From assembly GCA_041665085.1 (NCBI GenBank), contig JBAYJO010000004.1, forward strand, positions 20,004 through 84,003: a stretch of DNA of 64,000 nt, given 5' to 3'. Below, in pieces: positions 1 through 10,893 of the stretch. This DNA is from Patescibacteria group bacterium (GTDB taxonomy: Bacteria; Patescibacteriota; UBA1384; JBAYJO01). A program made the translations under genes and the position numbers. Each line of letters begins with the position of its first letter. The first letter of the stretch is position 1. A model generated the notes under the pieces. The model was not told the origin of the DNA. It did no database searches and saw only the letters and a program-made list of their open reading frames with translations.

Positions 1-714
1 CCGGGAACAATTATTAATAAAATTAAAAATAAAACTATTGAAAAAGTAAGAGATTTAACAGTAGAAGGCGAAAAATTTGTTATTGCAAAAGGCGGTCGTG
101 GAGGTTGGGGAAATATTCATTTTGCAACTGCAACTCATCAAACACCTCTTGAGGCAAATGAAGGAACTCTTGGCGATGATTTTGATATTAAGTTTGAATT
201 AAAAATTATCGCTGATGTTGGGTTAGTCGGACTACCAAACGTAGGGAAGTCAACGCTTCTTTCTATAGTGTCAAATGCCAGACCAAAAATTGCTGATTAT
301 AAATTTACCACTCTAGAGCCAAATCTAGGAATAGTGAGTTATTATGATCGTAATTTAATATTTGCCGATATCCCGGGATTAATTGAAGGCGCATCAGCTG
401 GAAAAGGTCTTGGTTTAAAATTTTTGCGTCACATTGAACGAGCTCGTGTTTTACTTCATATAATAGATGCAAATTCCGATGATTGGAATCGAGATTATGA
501 AGAAGTCAGAAATGAATTTATAAAGTTTAGCACGCTTCTAACAGACAAAAAAGAAATCGTTGCAATTAGTAAAATTGATTCAGCAGATCCGAAAAAAATT
601 AAAAAACAAGCAATTCTTTTTGAGAAAAAATATAAAATAAAACCAACTCTTTTTTCTGCCGTTACCAAAACAAATGTCAAAGAACTACTTCACGAAGTGT
701 TCGCGATGTTCTAA
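1..714 (+). CDS. obg: GTPase Obg/CgtA, C-terminal part (5' end outside window)
   Basis: Frame 1 is open from base 1. Translation GGRGGWGNIHF...GLVGLPNVGKSTLLS...DIPGLIEGA matches the Obg G-domain (G1 and G3 motifs). Confidence 0.85.
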   Translation, partial: PGTIINKIKNKTIEKVRDLTVEGEKFVIAKGGRGGWGNIHFATATHQTPLEANEGTLGDDFDIKFELKIIADVGLVGLPNVGKSTLLSIVSNARPKIADYKFTTLEPNLGIVSYYDRNLIFADIPGLIEGASAGKGLGLKFLRHIERARVLLHIIDANSDDWNRDYEEVRNEFIKFSTLLTDKKEIVAISKIDSADPKKIKKQAILFEKKYKIKPTLFSAVTKTNVKELLHEVFAMF

Positions 715-726
715 TAGCTAAAACAC

Positions 727-755
727 AAACAGAATCATTTTTATTGATTCCGTTT
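727..755. terminator. Hairpin AAACAGAATCA-N7-TGATTCCGTTT between convergent obg and the minus-strand gene
   Basis: 11-bp inverted repeat with one mismatch. T-run on the minus strand side. A near-identical hairpin recurs at 1712-1742. Confidence 0.5.
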
Positions 756-768
756 GCTGTTGCAGTTG

Positions 769-1530
769 CTAGTTGATCGAGATCACGACATTTCCGGTAG
801 AAATAGAGCCACTTGAGGTATTGAATAAAATGGAATTATTTCCAGTGTCGATAGAAATGTTGACATTGGAATCGTATTGTAGGTCGTTCCAAATTCTGCT
901 GTAATCACCATGGTTGATGCCTACTCGGATTACATTTAATGAATATTCTCCTTGAACATCATTATCGATATAGAATGAATTAGATGGATAATCAGTATCA
1001 TAGAGAACCATTCTTCTTGCATAAACATAATCATTCGGGAAGTAATACCGGTAAGATGGATATCTTCCATAGAGATTGTGACTATTCCAATAGTTGGCAT
1101 TAGGCCTTATTCTGAAAATATTTCTGTTGAAATTTCTGTATCTTCTACCATCATTGTTGAAATGCATTTGACTATGACCTCTGTCGCGATTGTAATTGTT
1201 CCAATTATTCCAATTATTTTGATAATAATTTCTGTCCCTATTTTGGTTATTATTATAACCTCTATTATCTCTATAATTATCTCTTTGTTGATTTTGCCTT
1301 TGATCTGGTCTATTATCTCGATTATCTTGACCTTGTTGATTGCCTCCTTGTTTTGGCTGATTTTCCGTTCGATCTTGATTTTCTCGACCTTGATTTTGTT
1401 GTTGGGTAATATTTTTTTGATTTGCATAATTATCCTGGCTTGTTGTTTGCGTCTCTTTTGCCAGTGCCGAAAAATTTGGTAGAATTGTAATTATAGCAAT
1501 GCTGCTAGCAATAACAAATTTTTTGTTCAT
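769..1530 (-). CDS. secreted low-complexity protein: signal peptide, Q/N/R/D-rich region, conserved about 100-aa C-terminal domain
   Basis: N-terminus MNKKFVIASSIAIITILPNFSALA looks like a signal peptide. RBS AAAGGAGGTGA. The C-terminal region is homologous to the 1772..2428 product. Confidence 0.7.
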   Translation of the reverse strand: MNKKFVIASSIAIITILPNFSALAKETQTTSQDNYANQKNITQQQNQGRENQDRTENQPKQGGNQQGQDNRDNRPDQRQNQQRDNYRDNRGYNNNQNRDRNYYQNNWNNWNNYNRDRGHSQMHFNNDGRRYRNFNRNIFRIRPNANYWNSHNLYGRYPSYRYYFPNDYVYARRMVLYDTDYPSNSFYIDNDVQGEYSLNVIRVGINHGDYSRIWNDLQYDSNVNISIDTGNNSILFNTSSGSISTGNVVISIN

Positions 1531-1711
1531 TTTTTCTCACCTCCTTTCGAATAATTTATATCTTATTGTAGTACTGTATTCAGTCAAAAACATCAGGACT
1601 ATAATGTAAAATATTAATTGGTCGTGGCATTTATTTATTCATTATGAGGATCAACGCAAAAAGATAAAGCCAATAAAATATTAAGGGTAAATAAGTAATA
1701 TGTTACAACAA

Positions 1712-1742
1712 CAAACAGAATCAATATTTATGATTCTGTTTG
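1712..1742. terminator. Hairpin CAAACAGAATCA-N7-TGATTCTGTTTG downstream of minus-strand gene 1772..2428
   Basis: Perfect 12-bp inverted repeat, a paralog of the hairpin at 727-755. Confidence 0.5.
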
Positions 1743-1771
1743 CTTCGACCGATTTAAGTTTTAATTAGTTT

Positions 1772-2428
1772 TTATTGAGCTGAAATGTTTGCATTTTGGT
1801 ATGGCATTTCTCCACTAGATGTTTTTGCCATAATTGAGTTATCGCGGGTATCAACTGATATTTCAGGATTTTCACCATTTTGAACGCCACTGTAAAGTTT
1901 GTTGTAGTAGTCGCTATTAACTCCTACCTTAACTTCATTTAGAGCATAATCACCTTGGACATTATTATTGTCTAAGTAAAAACTATTAGTCGGAATTGCT
2001 ATATCGTAGAAAACGATTCTGCGTCCAAATACATAGTTATTTGGGAAATAGTTGTTATATGCAGGATAAGAATTGTATAATCCATTGTTATTCCAGTAAC
2101 TTGCACATGGATATATTCTCCAGATTGGTCTGTTATACCATTTGTTGTATCCGGCTCCCCATAATGATCCGCCGCCACAACATCGATTATATCCGCCCCA
2201 TCCTCCACCGTACCAATTATTTCCTCCGCATCGATTGCCGCCATGCCAGCTGCCTCTTCCGCCCCATCCTCCGCGGTAATAGGCACTGGCAGAGCCTGTT
2301 GATAAAAATGGTACAATTGACATAATAAGAACTGCTCCAATTGCGATGGCTTTTTTGTTCATTTGTTTATCACCCCCTTTCTTTTGTAGTTTCAAAGCTA
2401 TCTTAATACAAAATATTGACCTATTCAT
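1772..2428 (-). CDS. secreted Gly/Trp/Asn-rich protein, paralog of 769..1530 with a shared C-terminal domain
   Basis: Signal-peptide-like N-terminus. GGWGG/NRCGG repeats. The C-terminus (YPAYNNYFPNNYVFGRRIVFYD...NSFYLDNNNVQGDYALNEVKVG) aligns with YPSYRYYFPNDYVYARRMVLYD...NSFYIDNDVQGEYSLNVIRVG of the neighbour. RBS AAGGGGGTGA. Confidence 0.7.
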   Translation of the reverse strand: MNRSIFCIKIALKLQKKGGDKQMNKKAIAIGAVLIMSIVPFLSTGSASAYYRGGWGGRGSWHGGNRCGGNNWYGGGWGGYNRCCGGGSLWGAGYNKWYNRPIWRIYPCASYWNNNGLYNSYPAYNNYFPNNYVFGRRIVFYDIAIPTNSFYLDNNNVQGDYALNEVKVGVNSDYYNKLYSGVQNGENPEISVDTRDNSIMAKTSSGEMPYQNANISAQ

Positions 2429-2655
2429 TGGAGAGCGTATTAAAAAATAGTTGATTTTATTTTGATTATTTATTTATAATGAGGATGACCGTAAATAGTT
2501 GAAGCCAACATATTGCAATGGATAATCACACAGCCAGTCAGCATTTGATGTTGACAGTTTTTGATATATTTGATAAACTAAATACAGAAGCAAATTTTGT
2601 GGATAACTCGAGGAATAATTGAAAATATTAAACTCCACAATTTAATTTTAGGTTC

Positions 2656-2679
2656 ACTCTCTGAAGCGAGAGTTTTTTG
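2656..2679 (+). terminator. Intrinsic-terminator-like hairpin ACTCTC-TGAAGC-GAGAGT plus TTTTTT in the rpoB leader
   Basis: 6-bp stem followed by T6. A TTGACA-N17-TAAACT promoter-like site lies about 100 nt upstream (2553-2581). Confidence 0.35.
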
Positions 2680-2758
2680 CGTTCCGAAACTATTACATAA
2701 ATAAGTTTAAAAATATTATAAAACTACTCGTAGGAGTTTAACTAAGGATAAGAGGTGT

Positions 2759-5700
2759 ATGAGCGATAGACAATTTTATACCCGCCCATTTTATCAGGTG
2801 CAGCTACCAAATCTGATAAAAATTCAAACCGATTCATATAATTGGTTTTTCACTGAAGGATTAAGAGAGCTTCTAGATGAAATTTCTCCAGTAGATGATT
2901 TTACCGGCGAAATGTATAATCTGGAATTTGGTAAATATACTCTTGATTTGCCAAAGCAAGATGAAATCACTTGCCGAAATAAAAATCTAACCTACAAATC
3001 ATCCCTAAGATGTCAAGTTACATTGACAAATAAGCAGACAAAAACTAAAAAAACTGCTGAAGTTTATCTAGGTGAATTCCCTGTAATGACTCCAAACGGA
3101 ACTTTTATTATTAACGGTATTGAAAGAGTAATCGTCAATCAAATCGTCAGATCATACGGAGTTTTATTTATTGCAGATGAAGTTGCGGGTAAAAAATATT
3201 TTGGTGCTAAAATAATTCCAAATCGTGGAGCTTGGCTTGAAATTGAAACTTCAAATAAAGATGTTATTTCAGTAAAAGTTGACAGAAAAAGAAAAATTCC
3301 AATTACAACATTTATGCGAGCCCTTGGTTTGAGTGATGAAAAAATTAAACAAGCATTTACAGATGTTGATGTTGATGGTGATCATAATTTTATTGAATCT
3401 ACCTTAAAAAGAGATCCAGCCAAAACCTATGAAGAAAGTTTGATAGAAGTTTATAAAAGAATTAGACCTGGCGATCTTGCAACTCCAGAAACTGCAAAAA
3501 CTTTCTTAGACGCTCTATTCTTTAATTTTAAAAGATATGATCTTGGTAGGGTTGGCAGATACAAGCTAAATAAAAGATTAGGAACTAATGTTGACCAAAG
3601 TCTTAAAAATCGTGTTTTAAGAATCGAAGATTTAATTGCTGTTGTAAAGGAAATTATCAGATTAAATAATGATCCAAATGCGGAGCAAGATGATATCGAT
3701 CACTTAAAAAACAGGCGCGTTAGGTCAGTCGGCGAATTGGTTCAAAATAAAATTAGAGTCGGTTTATTAAGAATGGAAAGAATTATCAAAGACAGAATGA
3801 GTGTAATGGAGCCTGAAACAGCAACTCCGGGACAACTGATTAACTCTCGTCCAATTGTTGCAGCTCTTCAAGAATTTTTTGCCTCATCTCAACTTTCCCA
3901 ATTTATGAACCAAACAAATCCGCTTTCAGAACTTGAACACAAAAGAACCTTGACAGCAACTGGTCAAGGAGGTTTGACCAAAGAAAGAGCAAGTTTTGAA
4001 GTTCGTGATGTTCACAGCTCTCATTATGGTAGAATTTGTCCAATTGAAACTCCTGAAGGTCCAAATATTGGATTGGTAAACTATATGGCAACCTATTCCA
4101 GAATCAATGAATATGGTTTTATGGAAACCCCATATCTTAAAGTCGATCAAAAAGACGGAAAAACACAAGTTACAAAAAAAATAGTTTACTTAAATGCTGA
4201 CGATGAAGAGTATGCAATTATTGCACCTTCTTCAGCTCCGCTTGATAAAGATGGTTTTATTACTGTCAAAAAAACTATTGTTAGAAAAAAAGGTGAACCA
4301 ACACTAGAATCAGTAAACAAAATCGAATATATTGATATCTCGCCAAATCAAATTGTTTCTATTACAACTGGTTTAATTCCATTTGCAGAACATGATGATC
4401 CAGTTAGAGCATCAATGGGTTCGAACATGCAAAGACAAGCAGTTCCACTTGTAAAACCTTCGTCTCCAATTGTTGGAACCGGTCTTGAAAAAGAAGCAGC
4501 CCGAGACTCCGGACAGCTTATTATTGCTCAAGAGCCGGGAATTGTTGAAGCTGTATCAGCTTCACAAATCACAGTTAAAAATAGTAAAGGATCCAATCGA
4601 AGTTATAACTTACAAAAATTTATTAGATCCAATCAAGGAACAAGCATCAATCAAAGACCGATTGCAAAAGTAGGTCAAAAAGTTGCTTTGGGTGATGTAT
4701 TGGCAGATAGCTCTTCAACTGAAGATGGTGAAATTGCACTTGGACAAAATTTGCTTTGCGCATTTCTATCATTTGAAGGTTCAAACTATGAAGATGCAAT
4801 CATTATTTCAGAAAGACTTGTTCGTGATGATGTTTTTACTTCAATACACATTGAAAAATATACAATTGAAGTTAGAGATACAAAACTTGGGCCTGAAGTA
4901 ATAACAAGAGATATTCCAAATGTTGGTGATGATGCTTTAATGAATCTTGATGAAGAAGGTATTATTAGAATTGGAGCTGAAATAAATTCAGGTGATATTC
5001 TAGTTGGTAAAATTACGCCAAAAGGTGAATCGGAATTAACTGCCGAAGAAAAACTTCTTCGAGCAATTTTCGGAGAAAAAGCAAAAGAAGTTAAAGATTC
5101 ATCACTTACACTTCCACACGGTGAAAAAGGAAAAGTTGTTGATGTTGTAATTTTTTCAAAAGATGCTGGAGATGAGCTTCCAGCCGGAGTTTATCAAAGA
5201 GTAGAAGTTTCTATCGCGCAAATGAGAAAAATTTCAGTCGGAGATAAATTAGCCGGACGACATGGAAATAAAGGTGTGATTGCGCGAGTTATGCCAATGG
5301 AAGATATGCCTTATCTTGAAGACGGTACGCCAGTTGATATTGTCTTGAATCCGCTTGGAGTTATTTCAAGAATGAACCTTGGACAGATTCTTGAAACTCA
5401 TATTGGTTGGGCAGCACAGAAAAAAGGCGTAAAAGTTGCTTCTCCTGTATTCAACGGTATAAATCTTGAAACAATTAGAAAAGAACTGAAAGAAGTTGGT
5501 TTACCGGAAGATGGTAAGACTCTTCTTTATGATGGTCGTACCGGTAAGCCGTTTGATCAAAGAATTACAGTTGGAATAAATTATATTTTAAAGCTGATTC
5601 ACCTTGTAGACGATAAGATGCATGCAAGATCAACCGGTCCATACTCAATGGTTACACAGCAGCCACTTGGCGGTAAAGCTCAATTCGGTGGACAGAGATT

Positions 5701-6088
5701 TGGAGAGATGGAAGTTTGGGCGCTTGAAGCTTATGGTGCAGCTCATACTCTTCAAGAAATGTTAACGATTAAATCTGATGATGTTATTGGTCGAAGTAAG
5801 ACATATGAAGCAATTATCAGAGGCGAGCAAATTCAAAAACCATCAATTCCAGCTTCGTTCTTTGTTCTGATGAGAGAGCTTCAATCACTCGGCTTAAATG
5901 TTCAATTAGTAAAAAATAATAAGGTTCTAGAACCAGAAAAGCCAATTAAGGCTAAACCTGTTGCTGGCGAGGAATTGGATGAAAATCCGGTAGAATCAGA
6001 AATTGAGGAAGAAAAACTTGATTCTGATGTTACTGAATTAGCTGAAGAAGCTGTTCCAATTGTAAGTGAACCAATTGATGAGGAATAA
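2759..6088 (+). CDS. rpoB: DNA-directed RNA polymerase subunit beta
   Basis: 1109 aa with conserved RpoB blocks ([36 protein letters not shown]). Confidence 0.97.
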   Translation: MSDRQFYTRPFYQVQLPNLIKIQTDSYNWFFTEGLRELLDEISPVDDFTGEMYNLEFGKYTLDLPKQDEITCRNKNLTYKSSLRCQVTLTNKQTKTKKTAEVYLGEFPVMTPNGTFIINGIERVIVNQIVRSYGVLFIADEVAGKKYFGAKIIPNRGAWLEIETSNKDVISVKVDRKRKIPITTFMRALGLSDEKIKQAFTDVDVDGDHNFIESTLKRDPAKTYEESLIEVYKRIRPGDLATPETAKTFLDALFFNFKRYDLGRVGRYKLNKRLGTNVDQSLKNRVLRIEDLIAVVKEIIRLNNDPNAEQDDIDHLKNRRVRSVGELVQNKIRVGLLRMERIIKDRMSVMEPETATPGQLINSRPIVAALQEFFASSQLSQFMNQTNPLSELEHKRTLTATGQGGLTKERASFEVRDVHSSHYGRICPIETPEGPNIGLVNYMATYSRINEYGFMETPYLKVDQKDGKTQVTKKIVYLNADDEEYAIIAPSSAPLDKDGFITVKKTIVRKKGEPTLESVNKIEYIDISPNQIVSITTGLIPFAEHDDPVRASMGSNMQRQAVPLVKPSSPIVGTGLEKEAARDSGQLIIAQEPGIVEAVSASQITVKNSKGSNRSYNLQKFIRSNQGTSINQRPIAKVGQKVALGDVLADSSSTEDGEIALGQNLLCAFLSFEGSNYEDAIIISERLVRDDVFTSIHIEKYTIEVRDTKLGPEVITRDIPNVGDDALMNLDEEGIIRIGAEINSGDILVGKITPKGESELTAEEKLLRAIFGEKAKEVKDSSLTLPHGEKGKVVDVVIFSKDAGDELPAGVYQRVEVSIAQMRKISVGDKLAGRHGNKGVIARVMPMEDMPYLEDGTPVDIVLNPLGVISRMNLGQILETHIGWAAQKKGVKVASPVFNGINLETIRKELKEVGLPEDGKTLLYDGRTGKPFDQRITVGINYILKLIHLVDDKMHARSTGPYSMVTQQPLGGKAQFGGQRFGEMEVWALEAYGAAHTLQEMLTIKSDDVIGRSKTYEAIIRGEQIQKPSIPASFFVLMRELQSLGLNVQLVKNNKVLEPEKPIKAKPVAGEELDENPVESEIEEEKLDSDVTELAEEAVPIVSEPIDEE

Positions 6089-6097
6089 GGAGAAAAA

Positions 6098-9000
6098 ATG
6101 TCAATATTAAATATACAAAATCAAAAAAATTCCTCACCAAAATCTGAAACTAAGATGTTGGATTTTGATGGACTTGCAATTAGTATTGCCAGCCCGGAAC
6201 AAATTGAGGATTGGTCATTTGGAGAGGTCTTACGGCCAGAAACAATAAACTATCGTACGCAAAAGCCTGAAAGAGATGGGCTTTTCTGTGAAAGAATTTT
6301 TGGACCAACCAAAGATTATGAATGTTATTGTGGAAAATACAAAAAAATCAGATATAAAGGCATTATCTGTGATAAGTGTGGGGTTGAAGTAACTAAATCA
6401 ATTGTCAGAAGAGACAGAATGGGACATATTGCGCTTTCTGTTCCTGTAACTCATATTTGGTATGTTCATGGAATTCCATCACTTTTAAGTATGGTATTGG
6501 ATATATCTTCTCATGACTTAATTAAAGTAATTTATTTTGCCTCATTTATCATTCTTGGAGTTGACGAAAAGGTTCGCGCCGATATATTAGATCAGCTTGA
6601 AAAAGAATTTGAAGAAAGAAAAGCTGATAAAAAGAAAATGAGTGAACCGGAATTTGCAAAAATCGAATTACTTTATAAACAAACAAAAAGCGAAATAATG
6701 TCTTTTGCTCCAAAAATGACTTTAAGTGAAGCTAAATACTTTGATATTTCATTGAAATATGGAGCATTAATCAAAGTTAGTATTGGTGCCGAAGCAATTT
6801 ACAATTTACTTAAAGGTCTTGATGTTGAAAAAGAATGCGAATCGCTTCTTCAAGAAATTGATCTTGCCATTAGTACTCAAAAAAGAAAATTATCAAAAAG
6901 ATACAAAACCTTAAAAAATTTCCAAAATGCTGGAATCAAACCGGAATGGCTGGTAACAACTAAACTTCCGATTATTCCGCCAGATCTAAGACCTATGGTT
7001 CAGTTAGATGGAGGAAGATATGCATCGTCTGATTTAAACGATTTATACAGAAGAGTTATTAACCGAAATAATCGTTTAAAGAGATTGTTAAACCAAGGAT
7101 CTCCTGAAGTAATTGTTAGAAATGAAAAAAGAATGCTTCAAGAAGCAGTTGATGCCTTAATTGACAATGCTGCAAGAAGAGGCCGAACTGCCGCAACCGG
7201 AACAACACAAAGAAAACTTCGCTCTCTTTCGGATATGCTTCGCGGTAAACAAGGTCGCTTTAGACAAAATCTTCTTGGTAAAAGAGTAGATTATTCCGGA
7301 CGATCAGTCATTGTCGTTGGTCCTCATTTGAAATTAAATCAATGTGGTATTCCAAAAGTAATGGCTTTAGAGCTATTTAAACCTTTTGTAATTTCCAAAT
7401 TAATTTCAGAAGGTTATGTTCATAATGTTAAGAACGCAACAAAATTGATTGAAAAACGAGAAGCAATTGTTTGGGATGTTCTTGAGAGAATTACTATTAA
7501 TGCTTATGTTCTCTTAAACCGCGCCCCAACACTTCACAGATTAGGTATTCAAGCTTTTAAGCCTGTTTTAATCGAAGGTAAGGCAATCCAGATTCACCCG
7601 CTTGTTTGCGCCGCTTTTAATGCAGACTTTGATGGAGACCAGATGGCTGTTCATGTCCCTCTTTCAAAGCAGGCTTATGAAGAAGCAGCAAATATTATGT
7701 GCGCAGATAAAAATTTACTAAAGCCTTCTTCAGGTGAACCAATTGTTACACCGGATAAAGATATTATTCTCGGTTGTTATTATTTAACAGTAACTGTGCC
7801 AGGCGCAAAAGGTGAAGGTAAAATATTTTCAACTATTGACGAAGCCATGTCAGCATACCAGCAAGACCTTGTTGCTCTTGGGGCAATTATTAAGGTTATG
7901 ATTAATGAGGAAGTTATCGAAACAACCATTGGACGAATTATCTTTAATGAAAAAGTTCCATCAGAAATGGGTTTTGTAAATACAGATATGGATAAATCAA
8001 AACTTAAACATTTGATCAGGGGAATCTATGATAAAATCGGAACCGAAGCAACTGCAATATTTGTTGATGATGTAAAAGAGCTTGGTTTCGAATATGCCTC
8101 AATTTCCGGTATTACCTTTGCAATTGATGATCTTATTATTCCAAGTCAAAAAAATGCCCTTATTGCTGAAGGAGATGAGCAATTTGAACTTCTTGATAAG
8201 CAATATCATCGCGGTTTAATCAATGATACGGAAAAAAGTACGCAATTTACCAGTTTGTGGCAAGATATTAAATCAAAAATTGAAAAATTAATTAAAGAAG
8301 AGCTGGTTAAGCCGGAAAATGTTATGAACTCTGTTAAAATGATGATTATTTCCGGTGCCCGAGGATCTTACTCCCAGCTTACGCAGGTCTGTGGTATTAA
8401 AGGTTTGGTTTTATCTCCAACCGGAGAGGTTATCGAGCTTCCTATTAAAGGTAACTATAAAGAAGGTTTAACCGGCCTTGAATACTTTGTTTCATCGCAC
8501 GGTGCTCGTAAAGGACGATCTGATACATCGTTAAGAACTCAAGACTCTGGTTATTTGACCAGAAGAATGGTAGATGTATCGCAAGATCTTGTAGTAAATG
8601 AAGTTGATTGTAAATCAAAATCAGGAATTACTGTTTCTCGTTTAGATAGTGATGATCTTGATATTAACTTTGCTTCTCGTCTTGCCGGTAGAGTTTCAGC
8701 AGTTGAAATACTTGATCCAAAATCTAAATCAGCAATTGTTAAAGCTGGTGAAGAAATAACAGACGAACAAGCAAAAATAATTGAAGAGTCCGGTATCACA
8801 GAAATTATTGCCAGATCGCCAATCCACTGTAAATCAGAAAAAGGTGTTTGCCAAAAATGTTATGGACGCGATTTAGCTACTGGTAAAACAATTAAACTTG
8901 GTGAGGCCGCTGGTATTATGGCAGCTCAAGCAATTGGAGAACCTGGTACACAGCTAACTCTTCGAACCTTCCACACTGGAGGTGTGGCTGCAACGGATAT

Positions 9001-9877
9001 TACATCAGGTTTGCCACGAGTTGAAGAATTGTTTGAAGCTCGAACTCCAAAAAGACCGGCAGTTATCGCTGAAATTGGCGGTGTTTGCCGAATAAATGAA
9101 GAAAAAGATAGCAATATTATTACAATTCAGTCAACGCAAATAATGTGTGAAGAATATAAAGTTACAAAAGATTACAATATTACTGTTAAAAATGGTGATG
9201 TTGTTAAGCCGAAACAAGCAGTTGCAATTTCACATGGTAAAAAAGCTATTAGAACTGGAATTCATGGCAAAATTAAACTTATAAACGACAAAATCATTAT
9301 CGAAAGCAATGAACCTGTTATCAAGCAATACAATATTCCAACCAATGTTGAGATCATTGTTAAGAATGGCCAGGATCTTAAAGCCGGTGATATTTTAACA
9401 GAAGGTCATCTGGAGCTTAGCGAATCAATCAAGTATCGAGGAGTTGAAGAAACTCAAAGATATATAATCAAAAATATTCAGGAAATTTATTCATCGCAAG
9501 GTCAGGCAATTAACGACAAACACGTTGAAATGATTCTAAAGCGAATGTTTGCTAAAGTTAAAGTTACCGAGCCGGGAGATTCTGATTTATTGCCAGGCCA
9601 AATTATGGATAAAAAACATGCTTCAACAATGGAAAAAGAGTTAAAGGGAAAAAGCAAAAAACATATGCCTCAATATGAAGAAATCGTTATGGGTATTTCT
9701 CGTGTTGCTCGAAGTTCTGATTCATTCCTATCTGCTGCATCATTTATTGAAACAACAAGAGTCTTAATTGATGCTGCTGCTCGAGGTGCAATTGATAATC
9801 TTCAAGGCTTAAAAGAAAATGTTATTATCGGTAAGTTGATTCCAGCTGGAACAGGATTTAAAAAAGGAATAGAATAA
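6098..9877 (+). CDS. rpoC: DNA-directed RNA polymerase subunit beta'
   Basis: 1259 aa with the NADFDGDQMAVH catalytic motif and a zinc-binding CxxC...CxxC N-terminus. Confidence 0.97.
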   Translation: MSILNIQNQKNSSPKSETKMLDFDGLAISIASPEQIEDWSFGEVLRPETINYRTQKPERDGLFCERIFGPTKDYECYCGKYKKIRYKGIICDKCGVEVTKSIVRRDRMGHIALSVPVTHIWYVHGIPSLLSMVLDISSHDLIKVIYFASFIILGVDEKVRADILDQLEKEFEERKADKKKMSEPEFAKIELLYKQTKSEIMSFAPKMTLSEAKYFDISLKYGALIKVSIGAEAIYNLLKGLDVEKECESLLQEIDLAISTQKRKLSKRYKTLKNFQNAGIKPEWLVTTKLPIIPPDLRPMVQLDGGRYASSDLNDLYRRVINRNNRLKRLLNQGSPEVIVRNEKRMLQEAVDALIDNAARRGRTAATGTTQRKLRSLSDMLRGKQGRFRQNLLGKRVDYSGRSVIVVGPHLKLNQCGIPKVMALELFKPFVISKLISEGYVHNVKNATKLIEKREAIVWDVLERITINAYVLLNRAPTLHRLGIQAFKPVLIEGKAIQIHPLVCAAFNADFDGDQMAVHVPLSKQAYEEAANIMCADKNLLKPSSGEPIVTPDKDIILGCYYLTVTVPGAKGEGKIFSTIDEAMSAYQQDLVALGAIIKVMINEEVIETTIGRIIFNEKVPSEMGFVNTDMDKSKLKHLIRGIYDKIGTEATAIFVDDVKELGFEYASISGITFAIDDLIIPSQKNALIAEGDEQFELLDKQYHRGLINDTEKSTQFTSLWQDIKSKIEKLIKEELVKPENVMNSVKMMIISGARGSYSQLTQVCGIKGLVLSPTGEVIELPIKGNYKEGLTGLEYFVSSHGARKGRSDTSLRTQDSGYLTRRMVDVSQDLVVNEVDCKSKSGITVSRLDSDDLDINFASRLAGRVSAVEILDPKSKSAIVKAGEEITDEQAKIIEESGITEIIARSPIHCKSEKGVCQKCYGRDLATGKTIKLGEAAGIMAAQAIGEPGTQLTLRTFHTGGVAATDITSGLPRVEELFEARTPKRPAVIAEIGGVCRINEEKDSNIITIQSTQIMCEEYKVTKDYNITVKNGDVVKPKQAVAISHGKKAIRTGIHGKIKLINDKIIIESNEPVIKQYNIPTNVEIIVKNGQDLKAGDILTEGHLELSESIKYRGVEETQRYIIKNIQEIYSSQGQAINDKHVEMILKRMFAKVKVTEPGDSDLLPGQIMDKKHASTMEKELKGKSKKHMPQYEEIVMGISRVARSSDSFLSAASFIETTRVLIDAAARGAIDNLQGLKENVIIGKLIPAGTGFKKGIE

Positions 9878-9909
9878 TTGACGACCCTTAAGATGTGTGT
9901 TAATATAAT
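9878..9909 (+). promoter_or_regulatory. sigma70-like promoter TTGACG-N17-TAATAT upstream of rpsL
   Basis: TTGACG at 9878-9883 and TAATAT at 9901-9906. Confidence 0.4.
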
Positions 9910-9997
9910 GAAGCAAAGCTCGATAATTGAATATAAAAATCATTCTCATCAGTTTTGATTTTTGATTTTTAAATTTTAAGGTTGACCGAAAGGGAAT

Positions 9998-10417
9998 ATG
10001 CCAACAATCAATCAATTAGTAAAAAATGGTAGAAAGAAAATAATTAAAAAAGACAAAACACCCGCGCTTGGTCAAACTTTTAATTTTCTTAAAAATAGAC
10101 CGGTCAAATTTGATAAGGGTTCTCCTTTCAAAAGAGGTGTTTGCACTAAGGTTACAACAGTAACACCTAAAAAACCTAACTCTGCTCTTAGAAAAATCGC
10201 AAGAGTAAAATTGACCAATGGATATGAAGTAACAGCTTATATTCCAGGAATTGGTCATAATCTTCAAGAACACTCTGTTGTGATGATTAGAGGCGGTAGA
10301 GTTAAAGACTTGCCGGGAGTCCGGTATCATATCGTTCGAGGTGTTCTTGATACTGAAGGTGTAAAAGATCGTAAACAGGGCAGAAGCCGTTATGGAGCTA
10401 AGAAAGGTAAAGAGTAG
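9998..10417 (+). CDS. rpsL: 30S ribosomal protein S12
   Basis: [14 protein letters not shown]...[10 protein letters not shown] is a classic S12. Confidence 0.97.
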   Translation: MPTINQLVKNGRKKIIKKDKTPALGQTFNFLKNRPVKFDKGSPFKRGVCTKVTTVTPKKPNSALRKIARVKLTNGYEVTAYIPGIGHNLQEHSVVMIRGGRVKDLPGVRYHIVRGVLDTEGVKDRKQGRSRYGAKKGKE

Positions 10418-10419
10418 AT

Positions 10420-10893
10420 ATGAGAGGCAAGACACATATTAAAAAAAGAGTGATTGATCTTGACGCAAAATATCAAAGCGAAGTTATTTCAAGATTTATC
10501 AATAAAATCATGCAAAATGGTAAAAAAGCAACAGCTACAAAGCTGGTTTATGATGCATTAGATATAGCTGAAAAAAAAGCTAACAGAAAAGCAATAGACG
10601 TATTTGAAACAGCTATTCAAAATGCCTCACCAATACTTGAAGTAAGATCTAGAAGAATTGGTGGCGCTAATTATCAAGTTCCAAGGGAAGTTACCCCAAA
10701 CAGGAAATTATATCTTGCTATGCGTTGGATAATCGATTCAGCCAGATCAAAAAAAGGATCCGGTTATGCAACAAGGTTAGCAGATGAGATATTTGATGCT
10801 TATGAAAATAAAGGGGCATCAATTAAAAGAAGAGAAGAATTGCATAAAATGGCAGAAGCCAACCGAGCCTTTGCTCATTTTGGCCGATTCTAA
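10420..10893 (+). CDS. rpsG: 30S ribosomal protein S7
   Basis: S7 family similarity. Sits in the str-operon position. Confidence 0.95.
   Translation: MRGKTHIKKRVIDLDAKYQSEVISRFINKIMQNGKKATATKLVYDALDIAEKKANRKAIDVFETAIQNASPILEVRSRRIGGANYQVPREVTPNRKLYLAMRWIIDSARSKKGSGYATRLADEIFDAYENKGASIKRREELHKMAEANRAFAHFGRF

Noticed and set aside
1078-1482. ORFs 1078..1482 (+) and 1107..1427 (-) overlapping the 769..1530 gene
   Set aside because: They arise from the low-complexity Q/N-rich repeat region read in other frames, giving Ile-rich nonsense. The signal-peptide-bearing minus-strand frame with an RBS is the coherent one.
1996-2340. ORFs 1996..2325 (+) and 1999..2340 (-) inside 1772..2428
   Set aside because: These are alternative-frame artefacts of the Gly/Trp repeat region. 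They have no RBS and no homology.
3903-4901. Short ORFs antisense to, or in an alternative frame of, rpoB (3903..4091, 3926..4168, 4470..4673, 4683..4901)
   Set aside because: They lie wholly inside the strongly supported rpoB CDS.
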